Of a stretch of DNA of 41,208 nucleotides, positions 1 through 12,063 are shown piece by piece (the stretch's first letter is position 1; each line of letters opens with the position of its first letter). The position numbers and the translations under genes were made by a program. Source of the stretch: Geosiphon pyriformis uo1 (Eukaryota > Fungi > Glomeromycota); assembly GCA_016748015.1 (NCBI GenBank), contig JAAOMT010000698.1, forward strand, positions 22,554 to 63,761, given 5' to 3'. The notes beneath the pieces are model-generated. The model searched no databases and was not told the DNA's origin. It saw only the letters and a program-made list of their open reading frames with translations.

Positions 1-330
1 GGTATTTTTCTTCACAGTATTGGATGATATTGAAATCAAGTTCTTGAAAGTAGGTGGCAATTGTTTCACTGTTGAGCTCCTCAGTATTTAGACGAGAATA
101 GTGTAGTAAGTTGTTGTAGAGATTGCTTTTGACTTCAGTAATATTGTAGTCTCCAAATAGGTAGTTGTTGAATCGGTTTTCGATGTATTGGTATAATGAT
201 TTCTTAAATGCCTCAATTCCGTCTTGGATGTTGAATCTTTGCTTGCAGTGAGTGTAAATCGACTGGTAGTACTCTAGAGTTGTTATGTCTGAAGCAGACG
301 CCACTTTGAAGTTGTTGTTGCTGTGTTGTT

Positions 331-347
331 TCCGTGGGAGAGCACCA
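331..347 (-). promoter_or_regulatory. Primer binding site TGGTGCTCTCCCACGGA (tRNA ending ...GAGAGCACCA; identity uncertain)
   Basis: Starts with TGG 2 nt after the LTR end on the minus strand; a near-identical motif lies at ~36183-36199. Confidence 0.85.
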
Positions 348-961
348 AATGTTACCGGAGGTTTTTTGGTCTCTTTTCTTGAAGGTTTTGATGTTGTTTT
401 GCTGTTTTATTCATGACTAGAGGAAGTAGTTGAACCTTCGATAACTGAATTTATCTTCAAATTATCTCCTATAATTTGAACCGCTGGGCTTATAAGTGGA
501 ATGGCCAATTCCGTGCCAGTTACTTTATGTAGTTATGTTGTAGTAAACATCAACTCTTTCCCAGGAATTGCTCGTCTGGAAGCTCACTAAAAAATGTGTA
601 GTTACTTTGCTGTGAAAGTCAACTCTTCTACAGGAATCTCGTCTGTAGGCTACCCAAATGATTATGATAAGAAAAGAAAGAGAAAAATAAAAGAAACGTA
701 AAGAAATAGAATTTTGTCAAGGAAACGTTTTCTATCCAGGCCTGGAGTCACTAACAGATTACTGAAATTGGTAGCTAATCAATTTCAAAATGTTAGTTGT
801 GTTGAGAGAATTTCAAGTGTAATAATCAAAGGATTTGGTTTTCGAATATTTAATTTTTATTTGAGATATGTAAAAAGTGATTTGTTCTAATTAAGATACC
901 TAAAGTAAGATACTATGATAAGATATGAGAAGATACATTTTCTTGAAGAGAGAAGCTCTTC

Positions 962-968
962 TTTTATA
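962..968 (-). promoter_or_regulatory. Putative LTR TATA box (TATAAAA)
   Basis: Conserved at the same position in all three A LTRs (also 28059-28065, 36795-36801), downstream of the U3 repeat array on the minus strand. Confidence 0.6.
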
Positions 969-1019
969 CAACTTGTTGTAGTACTAGTCTTTGAACTTGC
1001 ACTTTTTCTCTTTTCTAAA

Positions 1020-1120
1020 ATTTCGGTGAACTAAAGATACATTTCGGCGAACTACAAGTTATTTCGCTGAACTATGAATTATTTCGGCCAATTTTCATTA
1101 ATTTCGGCGAATTTTGGCTA
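1020..1120. repeat. U3 tandem array, five ~20-bp units (ATTTCGGCGAAY...)
   Basis: Units start at 1020, 1041, 1061, 1081, 1101; decayed equivalents at ~28115-28230 and ~36850-36945. Confidence 0.8.
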
Positions 1121-2279
1121 TGTTATATGGTTCAGGGTATTGTGTAAATTGATCATCTCAATTTCTATGGTCCAAATCGGGTTATTGATTAAATGATGAT
1201 AATTGCTAATTTGATTAAATAATAAGTGAAATTCGAAACGATAATAATATATGCTAATTAATGATAGGAATTATAAAGGAAATTTCATGCTAATTAATAG
1301 CTAAAATTCTACTGGTAACAGCATATTTATTAAGCCAAATAACATAACATTAAATTCAAAATTCCTTTCTTGTGTAGTGAATGCTATTTTTTTTTATCAG
1401 CTGAATTCATAACTACTTGTTAGTAATTACTATCCAAATCTAATATGGAGAACCATTTTTTTTCTTTAAAAGCATCAAATAATTTTTAGATTTGTGAAGT
1501 CAGATAGCTATTTTTATAAATAATATTGTTAAGTTTTCTGTAATCTACGCAAAAGTGAATCTCTTTATTCTTTTTTCAACTAATACTACTGGTAATAACT
1601 ATGAATTCATTGATAGTTGAATTAACTTGTTGTTTAACATTCTGTTGATTTCTTATTAAATAATTTCATAGCTAAATAGTAATATTTGGTATGCTTATTG
1701 TTTAATTGATATAGCATTTCCAGTCTTAATTTGATGTTATATAATGTCAATTCTGCTAAATTCATTTTTATTGGCAAAGATGTTAATAAAATTGTTAAGT
1801 AACATTTTGAGCTGTATATATAAAGTGGGTCTAAGTTTCCCAAGTTTATTTGATTTAATTATTCTGGTTGGAGCAAATAACACTTCTCTCATCTATATAT
1901 AATTTGTAATATAATATTTACATATCTACACAGTTGTAAAAAATCTGAAATAATATTTGGTAGTTGATTCTCAACTTCAGTGCTTAAATATCTAATGGTA
2001 GTACTACTTAGTATTTTAATAGTGTTTTCAGTTGTGTTGTAGATAGAGATTTTGATATGTTTATTGTTTTTGGCTAATATGTAGAAATTGGTAATTCCAA
2101 TTTTTTTTGATTCATAAATTATAGATTCTGCTTCAAAAATCTGGGGCTGATCTCTTAATTTTTTTTCTATTACTAATATGTACTGGTCATATGATAGAAT
2201 GAAAACTGATTGATTGGTAGAGATAATTTTTTTTTCATTAATAGATTTTTTTTCTATTATATTAATCAGTATGTCTATT

Positions 2280-2700
2280 CTATCTGTTAATCTAAATCTA
2301 TTTTTTTCTTTGGCTATAATTCTTAATTTTTTTTTGTTTTTACTAACACTAATTGAGCTATTTTAACCAGAGATAAAAATATTGCCTGTGCTATCTTTTT
2401 GTTTAGTTCAATAATATATTCATTTTCTAAGTCATTTTGTAGCAATACAATGATATTTTCTATATATCTTGTATCAATTATTCTTTCTTTAATGTTAATT
2501 TTCTTTTTTGCTAAACTAAATCTTAATACTAGTTGAACTATTATTGTCACTGAATTTTCTAGTGTCATTTTTGGATCTATACTGGTACATAAATGTGATT
2601 CCAGTTTGATAGTAGTTTTTCTGAAATATCTAAGATCAAATTTTACATCAATATCATGCACTTATTTTAACATAATATCTTTATTATTATTATTGAACCA
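2280..2700 (-). pseudogene. dUTPase domain relic of element B1
   Basis: HDIDVKFDLRY...IIDTRYIENIIVLLQN...KIAQAIFL, colinear with the better-preserved dUTPase at 32381-32800. Confidence 0.75.
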
Positions 2701-3605
2701 TTTAATTTCTGTTCTATTGAAAAATCTGAAAGTGCAATATATTATTTAGAATTATAATTGGAGTTTGAATTGTTATTGTTATTGCCATAGTGAATGAAGT
2801 TGGAACTATTGTTGTCATTATTATTAAAGTCTGAATTGGGATTGAATTTTGATTCCAATTTCTTGGCACAATTGTTAATTAGTTTTTTTTTTTTGGAGAT
2901 CAAATAAATCATATATAGTAGTAGATTGTAAATAAAATTACAATTATTACAATAATTGAAATTACTAGAGATTAAGCAATATTTACACAGTCTTGTATTT
3001 AATTGTTCTAAATACTGCTTTTGCTTTTTTCTAATAGATGTTAAATTTTGGTAGTGTTTATGAAATTGTTCTGGATTACTTAAGATATCAAAAAATGCAT
3101 CTGAATTTGGAACAAAAATGGTCTCAACTGGTTTTGGTAGGTTATTTTTGATTGCCAATATTTTATTGGGCAAAGCATTTTTAACTTTAGCACTTGTTAT
3201 TTGTCAAATTTTGTTTTTGTCATGTAGATAACCATCTAAGCATAAAAATGCTCAGTTTTAGGCAGTATTAAAAAGTGTTCTTTGGTTTATCTAATTGCTA
3301 ATAAGAATTGTGTATTGGCACAATACATTACATGTTTCTTTTTAATTAGAAATGTTGTTTCACATTTTTTTATTGAATAGTGTTTTTTCACAAGTGAAGC
3401 ATAATTTATTGTCCTACTTTTCTTGTTTTTTTGGATAACCAAAATGTTTTTGGTAGCATAGTTTGTAGTAATAATAAGTATGTATCTAGTAGTCTTGTCT
3501 GGTGCAACTCAGGCTTTTATAGATAAAAGCTTCTTCTTGCAGTCAATACACTTAAGAGAAATGTAGAGTGGTTTCTTTTTTATGTCTACTGAGTATAGAG
3601 TATGC

Positions 3606-4637
3606 TGTTATTCGAATAGAGAAACTGATCCAAAGTTATGAAAAAACGTAACCAGAACATGACATAACACAGAATAGCATGCAATAACATTGAATAACAC
3701 ATTATAACTTAGGATAGTGCAGAATAATACATTATAACATAGGATAACACAAAATAACATGTAATAATACCAGATAATGTGTTATAATGTAGGATAATTA
3801 GTAATAATATAGAAGAATAAAACAATAACAAAAATAACAAAGTAATAATTAGCAATAATAAAACAATCAGAAGCAATCTTGTAAAACCAAAAGAATATAT
3901 AAAAGTGAGTAGTTGTAGAAAGTAGAAACAAGAAACAGATAAATATGAACCACTAAACAAGAATCAAATATCCTTACTCTTTCTATCATTTATTCTATTC
4001 TATTTTTATCTTCTGAAATAAATCAATTATTAAGAAATCAGAATCACAAATTTATGTTCTTAAACTTTGTAGAATTTATGTAAACTAATCATTGTTTCAT
4101 ATCTTTATTCTTGAACAGATGCTTTTAGCATAACCACTCCAAACTATTAACGATTTGGACCAATTACTCTTGATTACAACAATTGATAATACTAATTTAT
4201 CTTTTTTTTTATTTTTCTTTTATTTTCTTTTCTTTTTTTATTTTTTTTTTGTAAAGCAACAACATAGAAAATTTGACTGTTTGGGAATAAATTTCGTGAT
4301 AGTCTGATAAAAGAGAAAGGCTCTTCCTAAGTTTTGGATATTAACATTATCTTGTTAGCTTACTAAAAGGGCAAAAAGACAACACCAAACCCTAATAACT
4401 GTGCTCGTTAATTCAGAGAAGATAGCTCACATTTTTAAAAAAGTTGCAATTAGCAAAAACTAAACCTCTGTGCTTTATAACCAAAAAACTCAATGAGTAA
4501 ATTCACAACCAGTAGATAAGATCTTCAAAGACTAATAATCAAAACTAAGCCAACAGAATTACACAAAAAACACATTACCAATAATTAAGAGCACCAAACA
4601 TTACCATTTCTTTATCCCACCCAGTTTACCCATAACA
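3606..4637 (+). repeat. Solo LTR (1032 bp) with 4-bp TSD ATGC
   Basis: TGTTAT...ATAACA termini; ATGC at 3602-3605 and 4638-4641; partial reverse-complement similarity to B LTRs; B1 sequence resumes afterwards. Confidence 0.8.
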
Positions 4638-7556
4638 ATGCCAACTGTTAACAGTTTTATTAGTATTGGTAGTTTGTGGTTTGTCTACCTCTTTTCTTTT
4701 TCTTTTGTTATTCCATGACAGAATTGGTGATAACATGTTGTGATTTTTTTTAGCCTATGAAACTTGATAGGCTTTTCAAGTAGGTTTGTCTTTTTTTTCT
4801 TCTAATTCTATTAGTGATTGTAATTAAGTAATTTGTGGTTTAAAATGACTACACATAGCCAATATTCTTATGTGTTATTTATTTTAATTGAGCTGTAATT
4901 CTTAAGTGTTTCAGTTAAGTACAGCATTAGTATTAGACAACCAGTTATTACTAACTAGCACTTGATATTACATAACTTCTATAATGAGAATTTTAATTGG
5001 CATGATAATGTTATTAACTTTAAATAAGAAGTTATCAATTTTACCAATTGGAGTTTTGGTCACTCTATTGGCTATAATAATCTTGATGTTGGCAATACAA
5101 TCAACTTGGTAACCTAATTAGTTCATAAGTTATTGTGTAATAATACTGCTTGCTAATCCACTATCAAAAATTAACTTGATAAAATAGCTATTGACTTTTA
5201 CATCAGTGTATATTGTGGTAATTGGTTTTGTTCTCAGAGTATTTTTATTGAATAAAACCATTTCAACTGGTTCTTCGAGTTCAAAAGAAAAGATGGTAAT
5301 AAGTGATTTGTTTTTGATAATGATTGCTAATAAAATGTTGTTAGTAAGTAGTTAGATCTGATTGGATTCTTGTTTGCTGGTTTGGGCATCTTTTGGAATA
5401 ACCAAAAGACTTAAGTAGTTCTGAGAATTTGAGTTTTGGGTGTACTCAATGTTTGAATTCTGTTGGCATGATTTTAATAGTTAATTTGAGAAACTGAAAA
5501 TTGGTTGGTATATTATTATTGCCAATCTTTAGTTTTGCTGAGTATAAATAATCCTCAATTTTTGATTTCTGGTTGTTATTTGAGCTGAGTTTGGTGGTAG
5601 TATTTGAAGTAATTGTGGTTGATAGATAATTTGGGGCTGTAATTAATATATTGCCAGTGCTAAAAATTGATAAATTGGCAGTAAGTATATTGCTTGTTGT
5701 ATTATTAGTGGATAATAAAGCTGATATTAGTCTTGGTTTGGCTGATAGTTTGAAGTCTAAAATTGGTGATCAGAATTTTGATATTGATTTCTTAATCATT
5801 GATTATTTAACCAAGTGTAACAGTCAATTTGTAGATGTTCTTATTTATCACAATAGTAGCAATTACACATCTTTTGTTGCTACTGTTAATTAGTTAATGA
5901 TAGATGCAGTTGATTTTGGAAATAATTTGGGTTTCTTGGATTATTGTAACATTGTAAAGATTGATAAATTGCTTGATTGTTAGCTAAGTATATCTCTAAT
6001 TTTTGATTAATAAAATCACTGAATTGTTTCAATTTGGAATTCAAGTCAAATAATCTGTTCATTACTAGATTAATAGCTTGAGCATAATTAACTTCCAGCT
6101 TGGCCAATTCAAAATTTCTAGTATATATAACTACATCTTGAAGTATTTGTAGATATAATGGATGTATATGCTGAAGGATGCTATAACATAAATTAAGATA
6201 AACTGGTTCAAAATCTGTGGTACTGTAAAGTAATTTGTGTTAATTGCTTGTATTTGGTGCAGATTTTTATGAATATGTCCTAAATAAATAGTAATAGCTT
6301 TAATTTTTTCTTGTTTAATAATAGTGAAGACAGTTGTAAGGTAATTAATACTATTATTATTATTAAAGTATCTTAAAAATTCAATTTTGAAATCATTGAA
6401 ATTTTGGAACTTTTAGATCAAGCTTTAATACTATGAGTTGGCAGTATTTTGGAGAGAATATAAAATGGCTTGGAGAGCTCTAATATTATCTTAATTATTG
6501 ACAGTAATGGTTTTTGTGATGTCATTCAACCAAACTTGGGTATTGTTTTCTTTGCTGTTGAATTTTTTTAATTTGGTAATTGATATGTATGCTATTGGTA
6601 ATGATTGTTGTAATAGTAATAGTTGAAATAGTTGTTAAGACTGTTGTTGTTGTTATTGTTGTTTAGCAATTGGGACAACTGGTAGTGGATCAATTACAAT
6701 TATTGGAGATAAGTTTTGAGAAATAATAAAATTGGAGTTTAGATTGTTTTAATTTTGTTAAGTTAAAATAATTGGAATTTGTATTTCTAGATTTTCTGGA
6801 ATCAAATTTTGGTAATTAAATTCCTGATTTTTTTTTTCTTTTTTTTTCAAATCAATTCTTTCTCAAGAACTGGTAATTCCGAAATCTGGTTGTGATGATA
6901 GTGATCAATATTCTGATAACATTGTTGGTTATAAATTAAATCTCTTAAAATACTTATCATAGGTTCCTAATAGTTTTGCTTTTTTTGTTTACTTTAAAAT
7001 GGAATTTTAGCTATTAGTGGTTTCATAGTTAATGTGAATATGTCTGCTAATGTTATGTTGATAGTATTTCCTAAGATATAATAGTATAATGAGTATATAA
7101 GAGAGACAACTTTTGGTTTTTTCTAAGTAGGTGGTTGTATTTTTCTTAGTGTTTTTGCTAGTGTTTCTTTTGTTTTTATCTATATAAGTAATGGGAAATT
7201 TTTGTTAAGTATAATTTCCAATCTCTCTATTTATTTTTGTGATTGTTAGTGCAAACAGATAGTTTGGTAAAAGTGTGATGTTTTGGAATAATTCACTATT
7301 GAAGTTGTTAAGAGTAGATTTTAGATCTTTTTGGACTTCCAAGTATGCTTTAATTTTTTTGTTGATCTAAAAATTGAAAGTTGATTCTGTTGGCCAATTG
7401 TTACTTGTTAATTCAAGGTAATTTTGGTATTGTTAAAATAAGGATTTTGTGAATCTTAAATAGTTTTCTTTTATACTTTTTTGGTCTGTTACTTTTCTGA
7501 ATAGTTGTTGTTGGTGTTAGTTTTTTGCTAGATTATATCTTACAGAGAACACCAAA

Positions 7557-8366
7557 TGTTATAGTTAATTATTTGAAATGTCAATACAAATAACAAACTT
7601 GTAACTTGGTGCTTAATAAGTAATATGATTAGTAATATCTAAAGATTTGTGTATTTGAAGGTTTTCATATCTGAAGGTTTTTGGTTGAGTTTTTTGTATA
7701 ATGAACAAAAATTAAATAGTTGTTTTAGTAGTTTTTCAGAATGTTTATTCTATTAATTTCTTTCTTTAGTGTAATGATCAGTTTATTCTGGCAGTTATGC
7801 TTTTCTAATAAGATATCCTTAATTTCTGAGTTTTATACCCTTATTTCTGGGTTTTTTATCAAACTATTTTTAACATCAATTAATTAGCATTTAATCTCTT
7901 AAATCCATTAGTAAACAACAAACAAAAAAAAAACAGAAAATAAAAAAATAAAAAAAATAAAGAAAAGAAGAAATTAATATTCCATCAATAGCTGTAATTA
8001 AAAGCTATTGTTCTAGTGTGGTTAAATGTTGAATTTTATTAACATGGAGTGTTGATAGAATAAAAATGATTAAAATATTTTAATTAAGTAATAATAACAT
8101 AAATTCAAGTAGTAATTAATAATTTATTAATATGTAATGTGAATTTTGAACTACTTCTAATTGTGTTTTATAACTGGAAATTCTAGCTGTGTGTTCTCTC
8201 TTTTCTGCTTCTAATATTCTTACTATATATACATAATTAAGGTTCTATAAGATTTCATATATTCGTAAGCAATATGCTTATATGCTCAATACTATTCTCT
8301 TATTAATCTATTTTTTCTTATCTGTTTTCCCTACTATTTCTTTTATATTTTTTTCTATAAGTAACA
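7557..8366 (-). repeat. LTR (family B, 5' LTR of B1)
   Basis: TGTTAT...GTAACA; adjacent PBS; homologous to 9831-10774, 11127-12063 (inverted) and 22254-23186. Confidence 0.8.
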
Positions 8367-10774
8367 ACAGCTTAGACATGGTTGGCTTTGAGTTTGGTTA
8401 ATTCAAAATCTTTGGTGTGTATAACTGCATTTTGGAGAATGTTTGAGTACATTAGACATACTTATTGTAATAAACTATTGCATAATCTGTAAATAAACTG
8501 ATTCAAAATTTGTGTCTTAGTAAAGTAATTAGCTTGAATTGTCTGTATTTGACACAGATTTTTGTAGAAACATTCTAAATAAGTAATAACTGCTTCAGTA
8601 TTGCCTTGTTTAATTATGGTGAAACTAGTTAATAACTGATTGATGCTGTTGTAATTACTGAAGTATTATAGAAATACAGTCTTAAACATATTAAAGATTT
8701 GTGACTTGTTGATAAAATTTTAATACCACAAGTTAATAGTATTTTGTAAAAAGTAAGAAATAGTTTAAAAAGCTCTGACATTATCTTAGTTATTTGCTGT
8801 AATTGTTTTGGCAACATTATTTAATCATGCTTGAACATTGTTTTTTTTGCCAATATATTTTTTAAGTTTAGCAATAAGTATATATGTTATTGGTATTAAT
8901 TGTTGTTGTTGCAATTATTGTTGAAATTGTTGTTGTAGTAGAACAATTGGTACAACTGATAAATTAATTCTAATAACTAAAGATAGGTTTTGCTAAATAA
9001 TAAAAGCAGAATTTGGATTATTTAAATTTGGCAAAGTTAAAACAATTAGAGTTTGTATTTTTAAATCATTTTGAATCAGGTTTTGATTATTATTTTCTTG
9101 ATTGCTGTCTTTTTTTTCTAAATTAATATCTTTTTAATGACTGGTAGATCTGAAATTTGATTGGAGTAGTAATAATTGAAGTTCTAATGGTGTTGTTGAT
9201 TATAATCTAAATCCTTTAAAGTAATCACTATAGGTTCTTAATAATTTGGCTTTCTCTTAATTATTTTGGAATAATATTCTAGATAATAGTGTTTTCACAA
9301 TTGATGATAATGTGGATTCTAATAGTATATATATAATACTTCTTGGTATATAATAGTATGATGAGTAAATAAGTGAAATAATTTTTGGTTTTTTTTAATT
9401 AAGTGGTTGTATTTTTTTTGATGTTTTTGCTGAAATATATAAATTTTTTTTATTTGTAAAAATAATAAAAAATTTTTGCTGGATATATTTTTTAATTTTT
9501 TTGTTTATTTCTATGATTAGTAATATAAATAAATGATTTGGTAAAATTGTGATGCTTTAGAATAATTTGCTGTAGAAATTGTTGAGAGCAACTTTTGGAT
9601 CTTCTTGGTTTTCCAAATAAAATTTAATTTTTTTGTTGATGTAGAAATTGAAAGCTGATTTTACTGGCCAATTGTTACTTGTCAAACTAAAATAGATTTA
9701 GTAATGTTGAAATAAGAATTTCGCAAATTTTAAATGATTTTCTCCTATGATTTCTTGGTTTACTACTTTTCTAGATGGTTAATGTTAGTGCTGGTTTTCT
9801 GTTAGATTATATTTTACAGGGAGCATTAAATATTATAGGTGTTTATTTGGAAGTGTTGAAACAAATAACAAATTTGTAACTTGGTACTTAATAACTAGTA
9901 ATATTAGTAATTTCTGAAAGTTTTGGAGTCTAAAAGTTTTGGTTAAGTCTTTTGTATAATAAACAGAGATTCAATTAATGGTTTTTTTTGTGAATTTTTT
10001 TTTTAGTATAATAGCTGGTTTATTTTGACAGTTATGCTCTTTTGGTAAGCTATTCTTAAATTTCTATTCTTATTTTCAGATCTTTTATTAGACTATTCTT
10101 GACATCAAATACTTAGTGCTTAATCTTTTTAATTAATTAATAAACAACAAAAAAATAAAACAAGAAAAATAAAAAAAATAAAAAAAAATAAAAATAAAAA
10201 AATAAAAAAAAATTAATATCTTGTTAATAGCTATAATTAAAAGCTATTGGTCTAGTGTAATTAAATATTGAATTCTATCAATATTAAGTATTAATAGCAT
10301 GGAATTAATTAATATTTTTTAATCAAGTAATAGTAACATGAATTTTAGGTAATAATTAATATTTTATTAATATATGAGTTGATTTCACTTCAAGTTATAG
10401 AAAATTATCTTTTAAAGAAAAAAGTATTGGATAATTAATAGATTATAACTGATCTTATTTGTATTAATTTTTTTTTTTGTTTCTAATACTCTTACTATAT
10501 ATACATAATTTTTGTTATATAAGATCTCATATTTTTTTGAGCAATATGTTCTATTTTCTTTGACAATGTGTTTATTACTGAGCAATATGCTATAATTTTT
10601 TAACAATATGCTTATTGCTGAGTAGTATGTTATAATTTATTAATAATATGTCAATTGCTAAGCAATGTGTCATAATTTTTTTAACATTGTGCTTACTTAT
10701 TAAATTTTATTCTCTTATTAATCTATTTTATCTGTTTTTTCTATTTTCTTTCTTGTACTTTTCAATAAATAACA
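8367..10774 (-). mobile_element. Family B copy 2: gag region (8367-9814), PBS and 5' LTR (9831-10774); host of the B1 insertion
   Basis: 8367-9830 is colinear with ~6070-7556; decayed PBS (+ strand acagggagcattaaa); LTR ends ATAACA at 10774. Confidence 0.8.
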
Positions 10775-10903
10775 GTGTATATTTCTGAAAGTGTGTCATA
10801 ATTTTTTAAAAATGTGCTCACTTATTGAATACTATCCTCCTATTGGTCTATTTTATGATCTGTTTTTTTATCTTTTTCTTGTATTCTTTTTTTATGAGTA
10901 ATA
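10775..10903 (-). repeat. Truncated U3 end of a further B-type LTR (host of B2)
   Basis: Repeats the terminal ~110 bp pattern of the preceding LTR, ending GAGTAATA (decayed GTAACA). Confidence 0.6.
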
Positions 10904-12063
10904 ATATTAAAACAATCTATTGACTATATATTATATTTTAGAATTATCTAAAAATATTATTATATACAAAAATAGAAACAATAATAGTTAACCAATAAAA
11001 AAAAATGACCAATTCTCAATTTAAAAACCTAAGAACCAGAATTAAACACACAATATTGAAAAAAAAGTAATAAAATTAATTCAAAATAAAAATTTTAATA
11101 AAGCTTAATATTAAAAGAAAAGATAATGTTATTTATAGAAAAAAAATAAAAATAAAAAATAAAAAAAACAGATCAGAAAAATAGGCCAATAAAAAAATAG
11201 TACTTAATATATAAACACATTTTTAAGAATATATACATTTACAAAAAATGAGCATATTTTCAGAAAATTACAATAAATTTTTAAAAAATTATAATATATT
11301 GTTTAAAAATAAGTACAGTTTTAGAAAGTAATATAGAAAAAAATAGGAATGTGTAAAATCTTTTATAATAAAAATTATGTATATATAACAGTAATATCAA
11401 AAGTAAAAAAATATTAAAAAAATATTCAAAATATTCAATTCATTTAATTTACATTTTGATAAGTTTTTAGTTAGTTAATAATAAATATTTATAACATATT
11501 TCTTTTTTTAAAAGATAATTTGTTATATCTTAAAGTAGAATTATCTAAATATTAAATAAAATCATTGTTTTATTATCTAATTTATGTTATTTTTTTATTA
11601 GATCAACATCATTATTTCTTAATTTTATTAGCAACTTAACTATCCTAAACCAATAGTTTTTGATTATAATTATTGATAGAATACTAATTTTTTATGTTTT
11701 TTTTTGTTTTTTTTTGGTTTTTTTTATTTATTTTTTGTTTTATATTGTGTACTAATTAATTAAGAGATTAAGTATTAAAATATTGATATCAAAAATAGTC
11801 TGATAAAAAACCTATAAAACAAGAGTAAAAATTTAAGAATAGCTTATTAGAAAGACATAATTATCAGATTAAACCAGCTTTTATGCTAAAAAAAAATTTG
11901 AAAAAACTATTATTAAGTAAATATCTGTTTATTATACAAAAAACTCAACCAAAACTTTTAAATTTAAAAAATTTTCAGAAACTATCAACAGTATTATTAG
12001 CTATTAAGCATTAAGTTATAAGTTTGTTATTTATTTTAACACTCTAAATAATTATTTATAATG
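10904..12063 (+). mobile_element. 3' end of a plus-strand B-type element: ORF3 relic, PPT-like tract, 3' LTR (11127 to ~12063)
   Basis: LTR is the reverse complement of B LTRs; purine tract AAAAGAAAAGATAA precedes TGTT at 11127; upstream translates Y*LYIIF*NYLKILL...KKMTNSQFKNL. Confidence 0.7.

Larger units (their letters stand above)
1..1320 (-). mobile_element. Ty3/gypsy family A copy 1: 5' LTR, PBS and gag N-terminus (continues beyond left edge); inserted in the RT region of element B1
   Basis: 1-349 aligns by eye to the gag start at ~35860-36201 (..TTLEYYQSIYTHCKQRFNI..); LTR 350-1320 is homologous to 27466-28441 and 36202-37162; RT sequence of B1 begins at 1321. Confidence 0.9.
350..1320 (-). 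repeat. LTR (family A, 5' LTR), 971 bp
   Basis: Termini TGTTACC...GGTAACA (7-bp inverted repeat); adjacent PBS; similar to two other LTRs in the window. Confidence 0.92.
1321..8366 (-). mobile_element. Degenerate Ty3/gypsy family B copy 1 (5' LTR 7557-8366, PBS, gag, protease, Cys-rich domain, dUTPase, RT N-half), interrupted by a solo LTR
   Basis: PBS remnant ~7541-7554; gag knuckle CYYCDK*EHLQIDC ~5820-5862; protease LIFDSG ~5158; dUTPase relic 2323-2661; RT AFTTQERNFEFNVMLFGL at ~1330-1385; many TAA/TAG stops. Confidence 0.85.

Noticed and set aside
1020-1120. CRISPR-like spaced repeats
   Set aside because: Period is only ~20 bp, degenerate, inside an LTR of a eukaryotic locus, with no cas genes
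3709-3960. Hydrophobic 'membrane protein' ORFs (also 12883-13200, 22897-23145, 23499-23735)
   Set aside because: Low-complexity translations of AT-rich LTR or decayed repeat sequence
4300-4330. Hammerhead-like CTGATAA plus AAGAG/CTCTT hairpin in the solo LTR (similar CTGATAA at ~11800)
   Set aside because: No GAAA after stem II and no stem in the B-LTR equivalents
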